44,791 nucleotides of DNA from an uncultured Eubacteriales bacterium (GTDB lineage: Bacteria > Acidobacteriota > Aminicenantia > Aminicenantales > Saccharicenantaceae), in the NCBI GenBank assembly GCA_964607985.1, contig CAZSMW010000465.1, positions 1-44,791 of the forward strand. The letters are read 5' to 3'. The notes beneath the pieces are model-generated. The model did not search any database. It was not told where the DNA came from and saw only the letters and a list, made by a program, of their open reading frames with translations. Made by a program: the position numbers and the translations under genes. Shown here in pieces: positions 1 through 9,858 of this stretch (its first letter is position 1; every line of letters starts with the position of its first letter).

Positions 1-788
1 TTCTTGGCGACGGCGAAGGCGAAGACGATGAGCATCGGGAGCAGGAGCAGGACGTGGAACCGGAAGCTCCCGCGGAGCGTGTCGGTGATGAGGACGAGCG
101 CGTCGGACCGGACGGCTTCGCCGCCGTATCGCAGCCCGGCGAAGAGATAGAGGACGAGGCCGGCCAGCCAGGCGGGTCCGCCCGACCAGAGCATATGCCG
201 GATGTGGTCGAAGAGGTTGGCTCCGGCCGTGACCGAGGCGAGGTTGGGGATGTCCGATAGGGGGGACATCTTGTCCCCGAAGTAGGCGCCGGCGACGATG
301 GCCCCGGCCGCGGGCCCCAGCGGGACTCCCAGCCCCATGGCGATCCCGATAAAGGCGACACCGAGGGTCCCTATGGTCCCCCACGAAGTCCCGGTGGCCA
401 GCGAGGTGATCGTGCAGACCAGACATGCCGTCACCAGGAAGAACTTGGGTGAGATGAGCTTCAGCCCATAATAGATGACCATGGGGATCGTCCCGCAGGA
501 GATCCAGGCGCCGATGAGGACTCCGACGCAGAGCATGATCAGGATGGCCGGCATCGCCTTGTGGATGCTGTCTACGATGCCCCGCTCCATGTCCTTCCAG
601 GAGAAGCGCAGGAGGAACCCCACGCAGCCCGTGAGGAAGGCGGCGACCACGAGGAGGACCTGGGGTTTGATCTTGTAGATCCCGTACCCGATGCCGAGGA
701 GGAGCCCCATGAGGACGAGGGGAACGAGGGCGACGGCGAAACTCGGGCGCTGCGGGGCCCGGCCGTCCGGCGTTTTCAGCTCTTCCAT
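1..788 (-). CDS. NhaC-family Na+/H+ antiporter, N-terminal part (gene runs off the window start)
   Basis: Not in the ORF track because it is open at the window edge. Own translation of the minus strand from ATG 788..786 gives MEELKTPDGRAPQRPSFAVALVPLVLMGLLLGIGYG...HKAMPAILIMLCVGVLIGAWISCGTIPMVIYYGLKLISPKFFLVTACLVCTITSLATGTSWGTIGTLGVAFIGIAMGLGVPLGPAAGAIVAGAYFGDKMSPLSDIPNLA. This is the conserved NhaC core. 16-nt gap after the iadA stop, same strand. Confidence 0.75.
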   Translation of the reverse strand, partial: MEELKTPDGRAPQRPSFAVALVPLVLMGLLLGIGYGIYKIKPQVLLVVAAFLTGCVGFLLRFSWKDMERGIVDSIHKAMPAILIMLCVGVLIGAWISCGTIPMVIYYGLKLISPKFFLVTACLVCTITSLATGTSWGTIGTLGVAFIGIAMGLGVPLGPAAGAIVAGAYFGDKMSPLSDIPNLASVTAGANLFDHIRHMLWSGGPAWLAGLVLYLFAGLRYGGEAVRSDALVLITDTLRGSFRFHVLLLLPMLIVFAFAVAK

Positions 789-804
789 GATCCTTTTCCC
801 GGGG

Positions 805-1977
805 TCAGGCGCTGAACGTTCCCCGGGCGATGACCTTACCGTTCTCCATCATTCGGCGGCCTCCGGCGATGACCGTGTCGAGCTCCAGGTTTTCGTTCAG
901 GATGAGGACGTCCGCGTCCAGGCCCTCGGCGATCCGGCCTTTACGGGCGAGCTTATAGAAGTCGGCGGCGTTCGTCGCAAACGGCCGGAGCGCGTCCTCG
1001 AGCTTCAAGAGGCCTTTCCGGACGACGTCGAGGAACTTCCGGAAGAGGTCCTTCTGCGAGGCGATGGTCAAGGCGACGAGCTTGCAGCTCTTATCGAAGA
1101 TCGGGAAGCTGCCGTTCGAATCCGAGCTCACCGTCCAGCGGTCCACCGGCACTCCGTTCTCTTGGAAGAGGCGGGCGCAGTCTTCGATGGAGACATCGGG
1201 TTCCTTAGCGGGATCGGGGTCGGGACCGGTCGTTAGGTCGACGAATCCTCCCGCCTTGATCCACCGGATGCCTTCCTCGAAGAGCTCGCGATTGCGGTTG
1301 ATGTGGGTGGGCATGACCTGGGTCGGCGGGATTTCCGTCTCCCCGATGAGCCGGAAGAAGTAGTCCAGCTTTCGCGGCCCGTCCCCGAGGTGGCAGTGGA
1401 GGATGCCCGCCTTGCCGCCGAGCATCCCCCCGACCCGGCATTCGGCTGCCAGCCGGGCGAACTCCTCGAACGTCGGTTGAGAGGAGCGATGGTCGGAAAC
1501 GGCGATCTCTCCGGCGCCGATGACCTTGTCGATGAGGATGAGGTCCGTCCGGACGCTCCCCGTGAATGTCCGAACAGGGACCTCATAGGAGCCGGAGTAG
1601 ATGAAGGTCGAGATCCCCTCGGCCTCGAGCCCGCGGGCCTTGGCCAGGAGGGACTCCATGTGCCGAGTAGTGCCGTCGGTGCCGAGGCAGCCGACGAGCG
1701 TCGTGACGCCGCTCCCGATGATGTCCTCGACCCGGATCTCGGGGGCCCTCGTGGCCGGCCCGCCTTCGCCCCCTCCCCCCAGGATGTGGACGTGCGTGTC
1801 GATGAGACCCGGAACGACATATTTTCCGGAGGCGTCGATCGTCGTCATGTCCGTCCCGCTCACCCGGACCGACCCGGGCCCCCGGACGGCGGCGAGCCTC
1901 CCCCCGGCGATCAGGACATCCTTAACGCCCAGAGGCTCCGGTGCGAAGACCTGCCCGTTTTTTATGAGCGTGATCAT
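805..1977 (-). CDS. iadA: isoaspartyl dipeptidase (amidohydrolase superfamily)
   Basis: Inside ORF 805..2385. Start moved to ATG 1977 (MITLIKNGQVF...) with GGGAGGAcaccATG upstream. GLIDTHVHILGGGGEGGPATRAPE, HCHLGDG and PTHINRN closely parallel E. coli IadA along the full 390 aa. Confidence 0.88.
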   Translation of the reverse strand: MITLIKNGQVFAPEPLGVKDVLIAGGRLAAVRGPGSVRVSGTDMTTIDASGKYVVPGLIDTHVHILGGGGEGGPATRAPEIRVEDIIGSGVTTLVGCLGTDGTTRHMESLLAKARGLEAEGISTFIYSGSYEVPVRTFTGSVRTDLILIDKVIGAGEIAVSDHRSSQPTFEEFARLAAECRVGGMLGGKAGILHCHLGDGPRKLDYFFRLIGETEIPPTQVMPTHINRNRELFEEGIRWIKAGGFVDLTTGPDPDPAKEPDVSIEDCARLFQENGVPVDRWTVSSDSNGSFPIFDKSCKLVALTIASQKDLFRKFLDVVRKGLLKLEDALRPFATNAADFYKLARKGRIAEGLDADVLILNENLELDTVIAGGRRMMENGKVIARGTFSA

Positions 1978-2031
1978 GGTGTCCTCCCGGCCGTTCATTG
2001 AGATGCTATAAATTATCACTCTTCGCGGCGA

Positions 2032-2060
2032 TTGACAAGGCCCGCACGGGCTCATACAAT
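2032..2060 (+). promoter_or_regulatory. sigma70-type promoter TTGACA-17-TACAAT, 14 nt before the ATG at 2075
   Basis: TTGACA at 2032..2037, a 17-nt spacer, TACAAT at 2055..2060. No SD in the 14 nt (gaacttcccaaatc) before the start codon. Confidence 0.5.
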
Positions 2061-2074
2061 GAACTTCCCAAATC

Positions 2075-2833
2075 ATGACCAGGTTTGAAAGCGAGCTGAA
2101 GCGGCTGGAAAAGGGCGTCCTGCGCCTGACCAACCTTGCCCTTTTTCCCAAGAGAATCGAGGTCCGGGGAGGGGAGAACTTCGTCCTCCAGGGCCCCAAC
2201 ATCATTGTCGGGAACCACATCGGGAGCCAAAAGGACGTTGGCCTGCTGTTCAAGATTGTGCCCCGCCCCATCTTCTTCACGGCCAACAAGATGATCTTCA
2301 ACAAGGGTGATTTCAGCTTCCTCGTCCGCGAGCACCTCCATCGGCACCTGAAGGGCTTTGGCCTCGTCCTCCACCTCCTCCTCAATCCGTTCTACGCCCT
2401 GGTCGTCAACTACATCTCGTCCAACATTGCCAGGGTCGGAAGTATCCCTGTGGACCTGGATGGCGGCCGGGCCGAGGCCATTAAGAAGTGCGAAGACTAC
2501 CTCAAGAAGGGCCGGGCCATCATCGCCCTCCAAGGGCGCGGCCGCATCGACCCCAAGGACGCCAACCCCTATGTCAAGCGCTTCAGGCGCGGCGCCTCGC
2601 TCATGGCCTTTGATCTTTATCAGGGAGAGCGCATCTCGGTCCCCGTGACCCCCCTGGCCATGTTCGGGACCCACCTCCCGTTTCCTGTCCCCGGGACCGT
2701 CAAGATCAACGTCGGCGAGCCCATGTTCGTCAAGGACCACATGAAGGACACCTCCGCCGAAACCATCGAGGCCTTCAGGAACGCCCTCGAGAACCGCGTG
2801 AAATCGCTTTTTCTGGATATCATCCGAACGTGA
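2075..2833 (+). CDS. lysophospholipid (PlsC-like) acyltransferase family protein
   Basis: 252-aa ORF. The GNHIGSQKD block resembles the acyltransferase HxxxxD motif but with one extra residue. ALQGRGR and PVTPLAMFG blocks resemble later PlsC-family motifs. Confidence 0.55.
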   Translation: MTRFESELKRLEKGVLRLTNLALFPKRIEVRGGENFVLQGPNIIVGNHIGSQKDVGLLFKIVPRPIFFTANKMIFNKGDFSFLVREHLHRHLKGFGLVLHLLLNPFYALVVNYISSNIARVGSIPVDLDGGRAEAIKKCEDYLKKGRAIIALQGRGRIDPKDANPYVKRFRRGASLMAFDLYQGERISVPVTPLAMFGTHLPFPVPGTVKINVGEPMFVKDHMKDTSAETIEAFRNALENRVKSLFLDIIRT

Positions 2834-2937
2834 AATCGTACTTTACAAATCAGGTGAAAAATCCCGGCGCTTGTCTTATAATAGGGCTCCGTTGAGACCG
2901 TTTCCTGCCATTTCAAATCTTTGTTTAAGGGTGGTGC

Positions 2938-4623
2938 ATGATGTTTAAAGGGCATCCCAAGGGACTGTTCGTCGCTTTTTTGGCCAACATGGGCGAGCGC
3001 TTCGGCTTCTACACGATGATCAGCATCTTCGTCCTGTTCCTCCAGGCGAAGTACGGTCTGAGCACCGGCGGCGCGGCCCTCATCTATTCCGTGTTCGTGT
3101 CCTGCGTCTATTTTCTGCCGCTCCTCGGCGGCTTACTGGCCGATAAGGTCCTCGGCTACGGAAAAACCGTCAGCATCGGCCTCGTGACGATGTTCCTCGG
3201 CTATGCCCTTCTGGCGCTTCCGTCCAAGATGGCCACCGGTTTTCCCCTCGTTATCGGCGCCTTGGCCGTCATCGCCATGGGAACCGGTCTTTTCAAAGGG
3301 AACCTGCAGGCGCTGGTCGGGAACCTCTATGACGATCCCAAATACAGCCCCCTCCGGGACAGGGCTTTCAGTATTTTTTATATGGGCATCAATGTCGGCG
3401 CCATGTTCGCGCCGACGGCCTCGGAAAAGGTGGTCAATTGGGTCCTGTCCTTGTCCCATTATTTCTATGACGCGAGGATTCCAGCGCTGGCTAACGATTT
3501 TGTCAAAGAGAAGCTGGCGGATGCCTCTGCCTACCTGACGATCGCCCAAAGCCAGGACATGGGCGTGACGCTCGGAACCCTCAAGACTTTTTCCGAACAA
3601 TATCTCAACGCCCTCAGCAAGTCCTACCATTACGGTTTCGGAGTGGCCTGCCTCAGCCTGATCATTTCCATGCTGATCTTCTGGGGTTTCCGGAAGTACT
3701 ACAGCCATGCCGACCTCAGCGAAAAACAGAAGTCGAAGTCCGAGGCTCTCCGCGGCCAGATGGTGGAGCTGACCCCACAGGAAACCAAGGAACGGCTCGT
3801 CGTGCTTGGCCTGGTCTTTTTTGTCGTCATCTTCTTTTGGATGGCCTTCCAGGAGAGCGCTGTCACCATGACGTATTTCGCCCGCGATTATACCGTGCCC
3901 GCGGTCGGCAAGCTGACGAACCTCTGGTTCGACCTAACCGGGCTCCTAACTGTCTTTCTATCAGCCATCGGGCTGGTTTTCCTGCTGAAGAAGAAATCGA
4001 GCTCCCTGTCCAGAGCCATCGGCGGCGTGGCCTTCGCCGGTTTCGCCGTTCTGGCTTATCTGCGTTATCGCGGCTACATGGACATCAACCCCTTCCAGCC
4101 GCAGCGGTTCCAGCATTTCAACCCGTTCTTCATCGTCGCCCTGACGCCCATTCTCATCGGTATCTTCAGCACCATGAACAGGAAGGGCAAGGAACCTTCA
4201 TCCCCTAGGAAAATCGGCTTCGGCATGCTGCTGACGGCACTGGCTTTCGCTATTCTCGTCGTCGGCTCCGTGGGCCTTCCCAGCCCAAAGTCACTCGGCG
4301 GCCAGGTTGCCCCTCCCGCTTCGCAGGTTTCGGTCACCTGGCTGATCTCGACCTATTTTCTGCTGACGATCGCCGAGCTTTTTTTGAGCCCTATCGGCAT
4401 CTCCTTCGTTTCCAGGGTTGCCCCGCCCAAATACAAAGGTCTCATGCAGGGCGGGTGGTTCGCAGCCACCGGCATCGGCATCCTCCTCGTCGGGCTTATG
4501 GGTGGGCTGTGGATGGCCCTCCCGCTGTGGCTTCTATGGCTGATCCTAGTTGTGGCTTGTCTGCTCTCGGCGACCTTCATCTTCTCGATCATGAAGCGGC
4601 TGGAGAAGGCGTCGAACATCTGA
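2938..4623 (+). CDS. POT/PTR2-family proton-dependent di/tripeptide transporter
   Basis: 561-aa polytopic ORF. The N-terminus GHPKGLFVAFLANMGERFGFYTM matches the POT signature (HPKGL...ExxERFxYY). AAGGGTGG lies before the ATG. Confidence 0.85.
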   Translation: MMFKGHPKGLFVAFLANMGERFGFYTMISIFVLFLQAKYGLSTGGAALIYSVFVSCVYFLPLLGGLLADKVLGYGKTVSIGLVTMFLGYALLALPSKMATGFPLVIGALAVIAMGTGLFKGNLQALVGNLYDDPKYSPLRDRAFSIFYMGINVGAMFAPTASEKVVNWVLSLSHYFYDARIPALANDFVKEKLADASAYLTIAQSQDMGVTLGTLKTFSEQYLNALSKSYHYGFGVACLSLIISMLIFWGFRKYYSHADLSEKQKSKSEALRGQMVELTPQETKERLVVLGLVFFVVIFFWMAFQESAVTMTYFARDYTVPAVGKLTNLWFDLTGLLTVFLSAIGLVFLLKKKSSSLSRAIGGVAFAGFAVLAYLRYRGYMDINPFQPQRFQHFNPFFIVALTPILIGIFSTMNRKGKEPSSPRKIGFGMLLTALAFAILVVGSVGLPSPKSLGGQVAPPASQVSVTWLISTYFLLTIAELFLSPIGISFVSRVAPPKYKGLMQGGWFAATGIGILLVGLMGGLWMALPLWLLWLILVVACLLSATFIFSIMKRLEKASNI

Positions 4624-4630
4624 TCGTCCT

Positions 4631-5281
4631 ATGCGGTTTTCATCGGTCATCTTCGACCTGGACGGGACCCTCCTCGACACCATCGAAGACATTGCCCTGA
4701 CCATGAACCTCGTGTTCGGCAGGCGCGGTTTCTCGCCTTTCTCGATCGCGGACTGCATGCGGATGGTCGGGGACGGTATGGAGGTCCTCGTCATGAGGGC
4801 CCTGCCGGGCGGGTTCGGTGATGAGGCTCTTGTCGGGGAGATCGTCCAGGAGTACAGGGAGGCGTACGGCCGGGCGTGGGGGGACCACAGCCGGCCCTAT
4901 CCGGGCGTTCCGGAGCTTCTGGATGGATTAAAGGCCCGGGGCGTCCGAAGCGCCGTCCTCTCGAACAAATCCCATCCCTTTACGGAAACCATGATCCGGG
5001 AGCTCCTCCCGTTTGATTTCGATGTCGTTCTGGGAGCGCTCCCCGGCGTGCCGTTCAAACCGGATCCGTCGGCGGCCCTGCGGATCGCCTCCGAGATGGA
5101 CGTTCCTCCGGCCGAGTTCGTCTTCGTCGGGGACACGGACATCGATATGAAAACCGCCCGGGCGGCGGGTATGTACCCGGCGGGGGCGCTCTGGGGCTTC
5201 CGCGACGCCGCGAACCTCAAGGCCGGTGGGGCCTCGGTCCTTCTCGCTTTACCGGGGGATCTTCTTCGTCTCTTCGATTGA
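4631..5281 (+). CDS. HAD-superfamily hydrolase, phosphoglycolate-phosphatase-like
   Basis: 216 aa. Motif I VIFDLDGTLLDT, motif II LSNK, motifs III/IV KPDP...FVGDTDIDMKTARAAG. Confidence 0.8.
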   Translation: MRFSSVIFDLDGTLLDTIEDIALTMNLVFGRRGFSPFSIADCMRMVGDGMEVLVMRALPGGFGDEALVGEIVQEYREAYGRAWGDHSRPYPGVPELLDGLKARGVRSAVLSNKSHPFTETMIRELLPFDFDVVLGALPGVPFKPDPSAALRIASEMDVPPAEFVFVGDTDIDMKTARAAGMYPAGALWGFRDAANLKAGGASVLLALPGDLLRLFD

Positions 5282-5310
5282 GAAGAAAGAATCCTATCGG
5301 CAATTTTGGG
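5282..5310 (+). repeat. intergenic repeat copy A (GAAGAAAGAATCCTATCGGCAATTTTGGG)
   Basis: 26 nt (5282..5307) are identical to the reverse complement of 33516..33541. CTATCGGCAATTTTGGG (5294..5310) is identical to the reverse complement of 35294..35310. Starts 1 nt after the HAD stop and is followed by TATAAT at 5312..5317. Confidence 0.9.
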
Positions 5311-5345
5311 TTATAATAGAATTAGGGGAAATGAAGGAGGCGGCG

Positions 5346-8312
5346 ATGTCTTCCAGGCTTCAACGTGCATTTTTCGATCTATTTCTAGTGGCTCTGACTG
5401 GGGGCGTCATGGCCTGCGGTCCAAAGGCGAAATCCCTTTCGATCGTGATCGCGAAGGACGCCTCATCCCTTGAACGCTACGCGGCGGCGGAGCTTAAACG
5501 TTACATCTACCTCCGAACGGGAGATCTCCCCTCCGTCCTGGTGAAACAAAAATTGGAGGAGGCTCATGATAATGCGATCATCTTGGCAGGCACAGGCCGG
5601 CCGTTCTCCGGCATCTCCGGGCTCGGACCCGAAGAATATCGCCTGAAAACTGTCTCTCGGGATAGCGGAAAGTCCGTGGTCATCGCGGGCGGCGACGGGC
5701 CGGGGGTCCTCTATGGGACGTATATGTTTCTCGAGAAGCTGGGGATCCGTTTCTACCTCGAGGGCGACGTCGTGCCCGATGAGAGGATCAGGTTTTCCAT
5801 GCCGGACCTCGACGAAACCGGCCGTCCGCTCTTCGCCGTCCGGGGCATCCAACCTTTTCACGATTTCCCGGAGGGGCCGGATTGGTGGGACGTCGATAAC
5901 TACAAGGCCATTCTCGGCCAGCTTCCGAAGCTGCGGATGAACTTCTTCGGCCTTCACACCTACCCGGAGAAAGGGCCGAATGCGGAGCCGACGGTCTGGA
6001 TCGGCCGCTCCGGGGATAGCCAAGCCGACGGCGTCGTAACATCCAGCTACCCCTCGAGTTATCAGAACAGCCTGCGCGGGAACTGGGGCTACGAACCCAG
6101 GAGGACAGGAGATTACCATTTCGGCGCTTCCATGCTCTTTGAACGCGACGATTACGGCAACGACGTCATGGAAGGGATGGTCCCGGAGCCGAAGACCCCT
6201 GACGCTTCCAACGCCGTGTTCAACCGGGCGGCCGCGGTCTTCAAGGACGCCTTCGGGTTCGCCCGGGCCCTGGGCGTGAAAACGTGCGTCGGAACGGAAA
6301 CAGCCCTGACCGTGCCCGAGCCCGTCCGGCAGAGGCTCCGGGATGAGGGCAAAGATCCTAAGGATCCGGCCGTGGTCCGTGAGCTTTACAGGGGGATCTT
6401 CAGCCGCATCGCGGCCGCCTATCCCATCGATACCTACTGGCTTTGGACGGACGAAAGCTGGACCTGGAGCGACGCTTCGCCCGATCGGATCAAGGCCGTG
6501 GTCTCGGACCTCGAGCAGGCGGTCGCGGCCCACCGGGAGTCGGGCGTTCCCTTCGGCCTGGCCACTTGCGGCTGGGTCCTCGGGCCGCCGTCAAGCCGGA
6601 CCTTGTTCGACCAGGTCCTGCCGAAATCCATGGCCGTAAGCACCATCAATCGTGAAGTGGGGAAGGCGCCTGTCGACCCCGGCTTCGCCCGCATCGCGGG
6701 ACGATCCAAGTGGGCCATCCCCTGGATGGAGGACGACCCTTCGTTGACCTCCCCGCAGCTTTGGGCTGGCCGGATGAGACGCGACGCGGCCGACGCGCTG
6801 AGGTACGGTTGTGACGGCCTCCTCGGTATCCACTGGAGGACGCGAGTCCTCTCCGGAAACGTTCTGGCCCTGGCCCGGGCGGCCTGGGATCAGAGCTGGA
6901 ACGAGCTTCCCCGGAATCTCATGGATGAGACGGGGCCCATCACCGGACAATACGTTGCGTTTCAAGATAAGAAGATCCAGGGCACGGCGGAAGAGGCCGT
7001 CTATAGGGATGTCCGGGACAGGGTATTCGCCTATTATATTCCCGTTCCTGATGGGACTTACGTGGTGAACCTCAAGTTTTGCGAGGGCGAGATCGACAAG
7101 AAAGGCGGGCGGGTGTTCGACATCCTGCTCCAGGGAAAGAAAGCGGCCGAGGCCGTCGACATTTTTGCCCGGGTCGGACGGTTCAGGGCCTTTGACATGA
7201 CGTTCCAGAACATCGCGGTGACGGACGGACGGCTGTCCATCGAATTCGCCGACCGGATCCAATATCCATCGCTGGCCGGGATCGGCATCGAGGGCATAGG
7301 CTTCCGGAAAAAGATCAACTGCGGCGGGCCGGCGGTCCTCGACTATGAAGCGGACTGGCCGGAGACGCCGCGCCACCTCCCGGCGCTCGACTTCTATCGG
7401 GACTGGGCGGAGAACCAGTTCGGAAAGGCCGCCGCGGAGGAAGCCGCCGCGATCTTCTCGAGGATGGACGGCAGACTGCCTATTCCCGTGGTCTGGACGA
7501 ACGGACCGGGCGGGATCGTTCCCAACCCGAGGTCATCTGAGGAGATCCTCAGGGATTACTCTTTTGTGGACGAGTTCGCGGCCCTCGGAGCCATGGTCAC
7601 AGGCAAGGGATGCCAAGAGCGGTTCGACTACTGGCTGAAGACTTTCGAGTATATGCGCGAAGTTGCGCTCTTCACCTGCCTGTGGAGGGAATATAACGCG
7701 GCGATGGAAAAGGCCAACTCGGAAAAAGACGGGGCGTCGCGGACGAAGCTGGCCGAAGCTACGGCGCTTCCCGTGCGCGTCAGGATGGCGGCCTCGCTGA
7801 AGAAGATCTACGGATGCCTCCTGGCTACGGTCAGCAACACCGGCGAGATGGGGACCATCATGAACTGGGAGTCTCATATCCTACCCGCGGCCTTCGACAA
7901 GCCGGGGGATGAACTGGCCCGGGTCCTGGGCAGGGAGCTCCCGGCGGAGGCGCGGCTTGCCGCGGCTTATGACGGACCGCCGCGCGTCTTCGTCACGGCC
8001 CAGAGGACGAGCCTCGAGCCCGGGGAAAGGCTCAAGCTCAAGGTTGAAGTGCTGACCAGGGGAGCGCCCGCCGAAGTGAATCTCTTCTGGAGGGATATGG
8101 GCAAGGGCCGTTACCAATCCATGCCGTTGACCCGGCTGGGCCGCGGCGTTTTCACCGTGACCTGTCCGGCAAAGGATGTCGAGCTGGAATATTACGTCAA
8201 GGTGACGGCCGAAGGCCTGGAGGTCTTCTGGCCTGCAACCGCCCCGGAGATGAACCAGACCGTGGTCATCTTCGGTCCACCACCCGTTGGCGCCGTGAAG
8301 CGAACGACCTGA
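5346..8312 (+). CDS. secreted lipoprotein, putative glycoside hydrolase with malectin-like carbohydrate-binding domain
   Basis: ORF 5226..8312. Start set to ATG 5346, with GGAGG 5 nt upstream. Signal/lipobox-like MSSRLQRAFFDLFLVALTGGVMAC. The N-terminal block VVIAGGDGPGVLYGTYMFLEKLGIRFY is typical of the GH67/GH115/GH20b-type N-domain. The middle segment YYIPVPDGTYVVNLKFCEGEIDKKGGRVFDILLQGKK...DGRLSIEF...IEG looks like a malectin domain. Confidence 0.6.
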   Translation: MSSRLQRAFFDLFLVALTGGVMACGPKAKSLSIVIAKDASSLERYAAAELKRYIYLRTGDLPSVLVKQKLEEAHDNAIILAGTGRPFSGISGLGPEEYRLKTVSRDSGKSVVIAGGDGPGVLYGTYMFLEKLGIRFYLEGDVVPDERIRFSMPDLDETGRPLFAVRGIQPFHDFPEGPDWWDVDNYKAILGQLPKLRMNFFGLHTYPEKGPNAEPTVWIGRSGDSQADGVVTSSYPSSYQNSLRGNWGYEPRRTGDYHFGASMLFERDDYGNDVMEGMVPEPKTPDASNAVFNRAAAVFKDAFGFARALGVKTCVGTETALTVPEPVRQRLRDEGKDPKDPAVVRELYRGIFSRIAAAYPIDTYWLWTDESWTWSDASPDRIKAVVSDLEQAVAAHRESGVPFGLATCGWVLGPPSSRTLFDQVLPKSMAVSTINREVGKAPVDPGFARIAGRSKWAIPWMEDDPSLTSPQLWAGRMRRDAADALRYGCDGLLGIHWRTRVLSGNVLALARAAWDQSWNELPRNLMDETGPITGQYVAFQDKKIQGTAEEAVYRDVRDRVFAYYIPVPDGTYVVNLKFCEGEIDKKGGRVFDILLQGKKAAEAVDIFARVGRFRAFDMTFQNIAVTDGRLSIEFADRIQYPSLAGIGIEGIGFRKKINCGGPAVLDYEADWPETPRHLPALDFYRDWAENQFGKAAAEEAAAIFSRMDGRLPIPVVWTNGPGGIVPNPRSSEEILRDYSFVDEFAALGAMVTGKGCQERFDYWLKTFEYMREVALFTCLWREYNAAMEKANSEKDGASRTKLAEATALPVRVRMAASLKKIYGCLLATVSNTGEMGTIMNWESHILPAAFDKPGDELARVLGRELPAEARLAAAYDGPPRVFVTAQRTSLEPGERLKLKVEVLTRGAPAEVNLFWRDMGKGRYQSMPLTRLGRGVFTVTCPAKDVELEYYVKVTAEGLEVFWPATAPEMNQTVVIFGPPPVGAVKRTT

Positions 8313-8376
8313 AAATCCTTGTCGGCATTTCTGGTTCTCTTCCATTTAGTGTGGGCTGGGTCAATAGTTTGGACGG

Positions 8377-8398
8377 AACGGCCCTCCAAGGCCGTTTT
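8377..8398 (+). terminator. candidate intrinsic terminator after the lipoprotein gene
   Basis: AACGGCC-ctccaa-GGCCGTT hairpin (7-bp stem) followed by TTTTGG, in a convergent intergenic region. Confidence 0.5.
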
Positions 8399-8503
8399 GG
8401 CCTCACCCCATCTTACTATTCAGCAACCCGCAACAAACGTGAGAGAACCTCGAGCCTACATGTCCCTCCTGTTAGGAAAGACGGTTAGAAACCAGAAAAT
8501 TTT

Positions 8504-9837
8504 TCAGCGTGCTTTGATCCAGCGCTTTTCGATCTCCTCGAGCGTTTTTCCCTTGGTCTCGGGCAGGAAGAAGAACATGAAGACGAAGTCGACGGCGCAC
8601 ATCGCGGCGTAGAGCCAAAAGGCCGTGGATTCGTTGAGGCGGTCGGCGATGACCGGAAAGCTCAGGGTCACGGCGAAGTCCGAGACCCAGAGGATGACCG
8701 TGGCGATGGCCATGGCACTGCCCCGCATCCGCGTCGGGAAGATCTCGGCCATGACCACCCAGACGATCGGCCCCATCGCCATCGCGAAGAAGGCGATGTA
8801 AAGGAGAATGAGGCCGAGGATGAGAGGGCCCGAGAACGCTTGCGATCTAAAGGCCGCGCCGAGGAGGAGGAGAGAGATGCCCATCCCGCCCGCGGCCGTG
8901 AGGAGGAGCGGCTTGCGTCCGATCCGGTCCACGAGGACGATGGCCACGATCGTGAAGAGGATGTTGACGAAACCGACGATCGTCGACTGCCCGATAGCCG
9001 ACATCCGGGTGAAGCCGGCCCGTTCGAAAATCCTCGGGGCGTAGTAGAGGACGGCGTTGATCCCGGTGATCTGCTGAAGGATGGCCAGAACGACGGCGAT
9101 GAGGAGCGCCCGGCGGAACCCCGGTCTGAAGAGTTCGGCCAGGGAGCCCTTTTCCATGACCAGCGTTTCCTTGATGCTCAAGACCTCCGCGGCCGCGAGG
9201 TCGGCCGTGTTGACGCGGCTGAGGACGCCCAAGGCCTCGCTTTCCCGGCCCTGCTTGACCAGCCAGCGCGGGCTCTCCGGAACGCGGAGGAGGAGGATGA
9301 AGAAGATGACGGAGGGCAGGGCCCCGGCGGCATACATCCAACGCCAATTGGACGGACCGACGCCGGCGAAGGCCCAGTTGACGAAATAGGCGAGGAGGAT
9401 GCCCGTGACGATGGCCAGCTGGTTTACGGAGACGAGGGCCCCCCGAATCCTGGCCGGCGCGATCTCAGAGATATAAAGAGGGGCGAGGATGGAGGCCGAG
9501 CCGATGCCCAGGCCGCCGATGAACCGGAAGACGACGAATTCCGCGATGGTCCGGGAAGCGCGCAGCCGACCGCCGAGACGAGGAAGAGGACCGCCGAGAC
9601 GAGCATGAACCGCTTCCGCCCGATCCGGTCGCTGATCGTCCCGGAGATTCCGGCCCCGAACATGCAGCCCATGAGGACGACGCTGACCGCCCAGCCCTCC
9701 TGGATCGAGGTCAAGGCGAACTGGTCCTTGAGGTAACGGGTGGCTCCGGCGACGATGGCAGTGTCGAACCCGAAGAGGAGGCCGCCGATGGCGGCGATGA
9801 CGGTTACGAAGATGATGTAAAACGAGCTTTTTTTCAT
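8504..9837 (-). pseudogene. MFS sugar-porter family transporter interrupted by a 1-nt frameshift (or an assembly error)
   Basis: The N-terminal 90-odd aa (MKKSSFYIIFVTVIAAIGGLLFGFDTAIVAGA...SDRIGRKRFMLVSAVLFLVSAVGCA) are in the frame of ORF 9424..9837. The rest (SRTIAEFVVFRFIGGLGIGSASILAPLYISEIAPARIRGALVSVNQL...PESPRWL...PETKGKTLEEIE) is in the frame of ORF 8504..10234. The span is 1334 nt, which is 3n-1. The frame switch lies at the GCGCGC run 9558..9563. Confidence 0.8.
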
Positions 9838-9858
9838 GCTGCCCTTTAAGCCATTTCC

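Noticed and set aside
54-1236. Plus-strand ORFs 54..260, 475..678, 561..815 and 691..1236 at the window start.
   Set aside because: They lie antisense or out of frame to the strongly supported NhaC-family and iadA genes on the minus strand.
5286-5307. Resemblance of AAGAATCCTATCGGCA to a tRNA T-loop/acceptor 3' end, which would suggest an integration att remnant.
   Set aside because: No complementary T-stem or acceptor 5' strand lies upstream, there is no CCA context, and no integrase is nearby.
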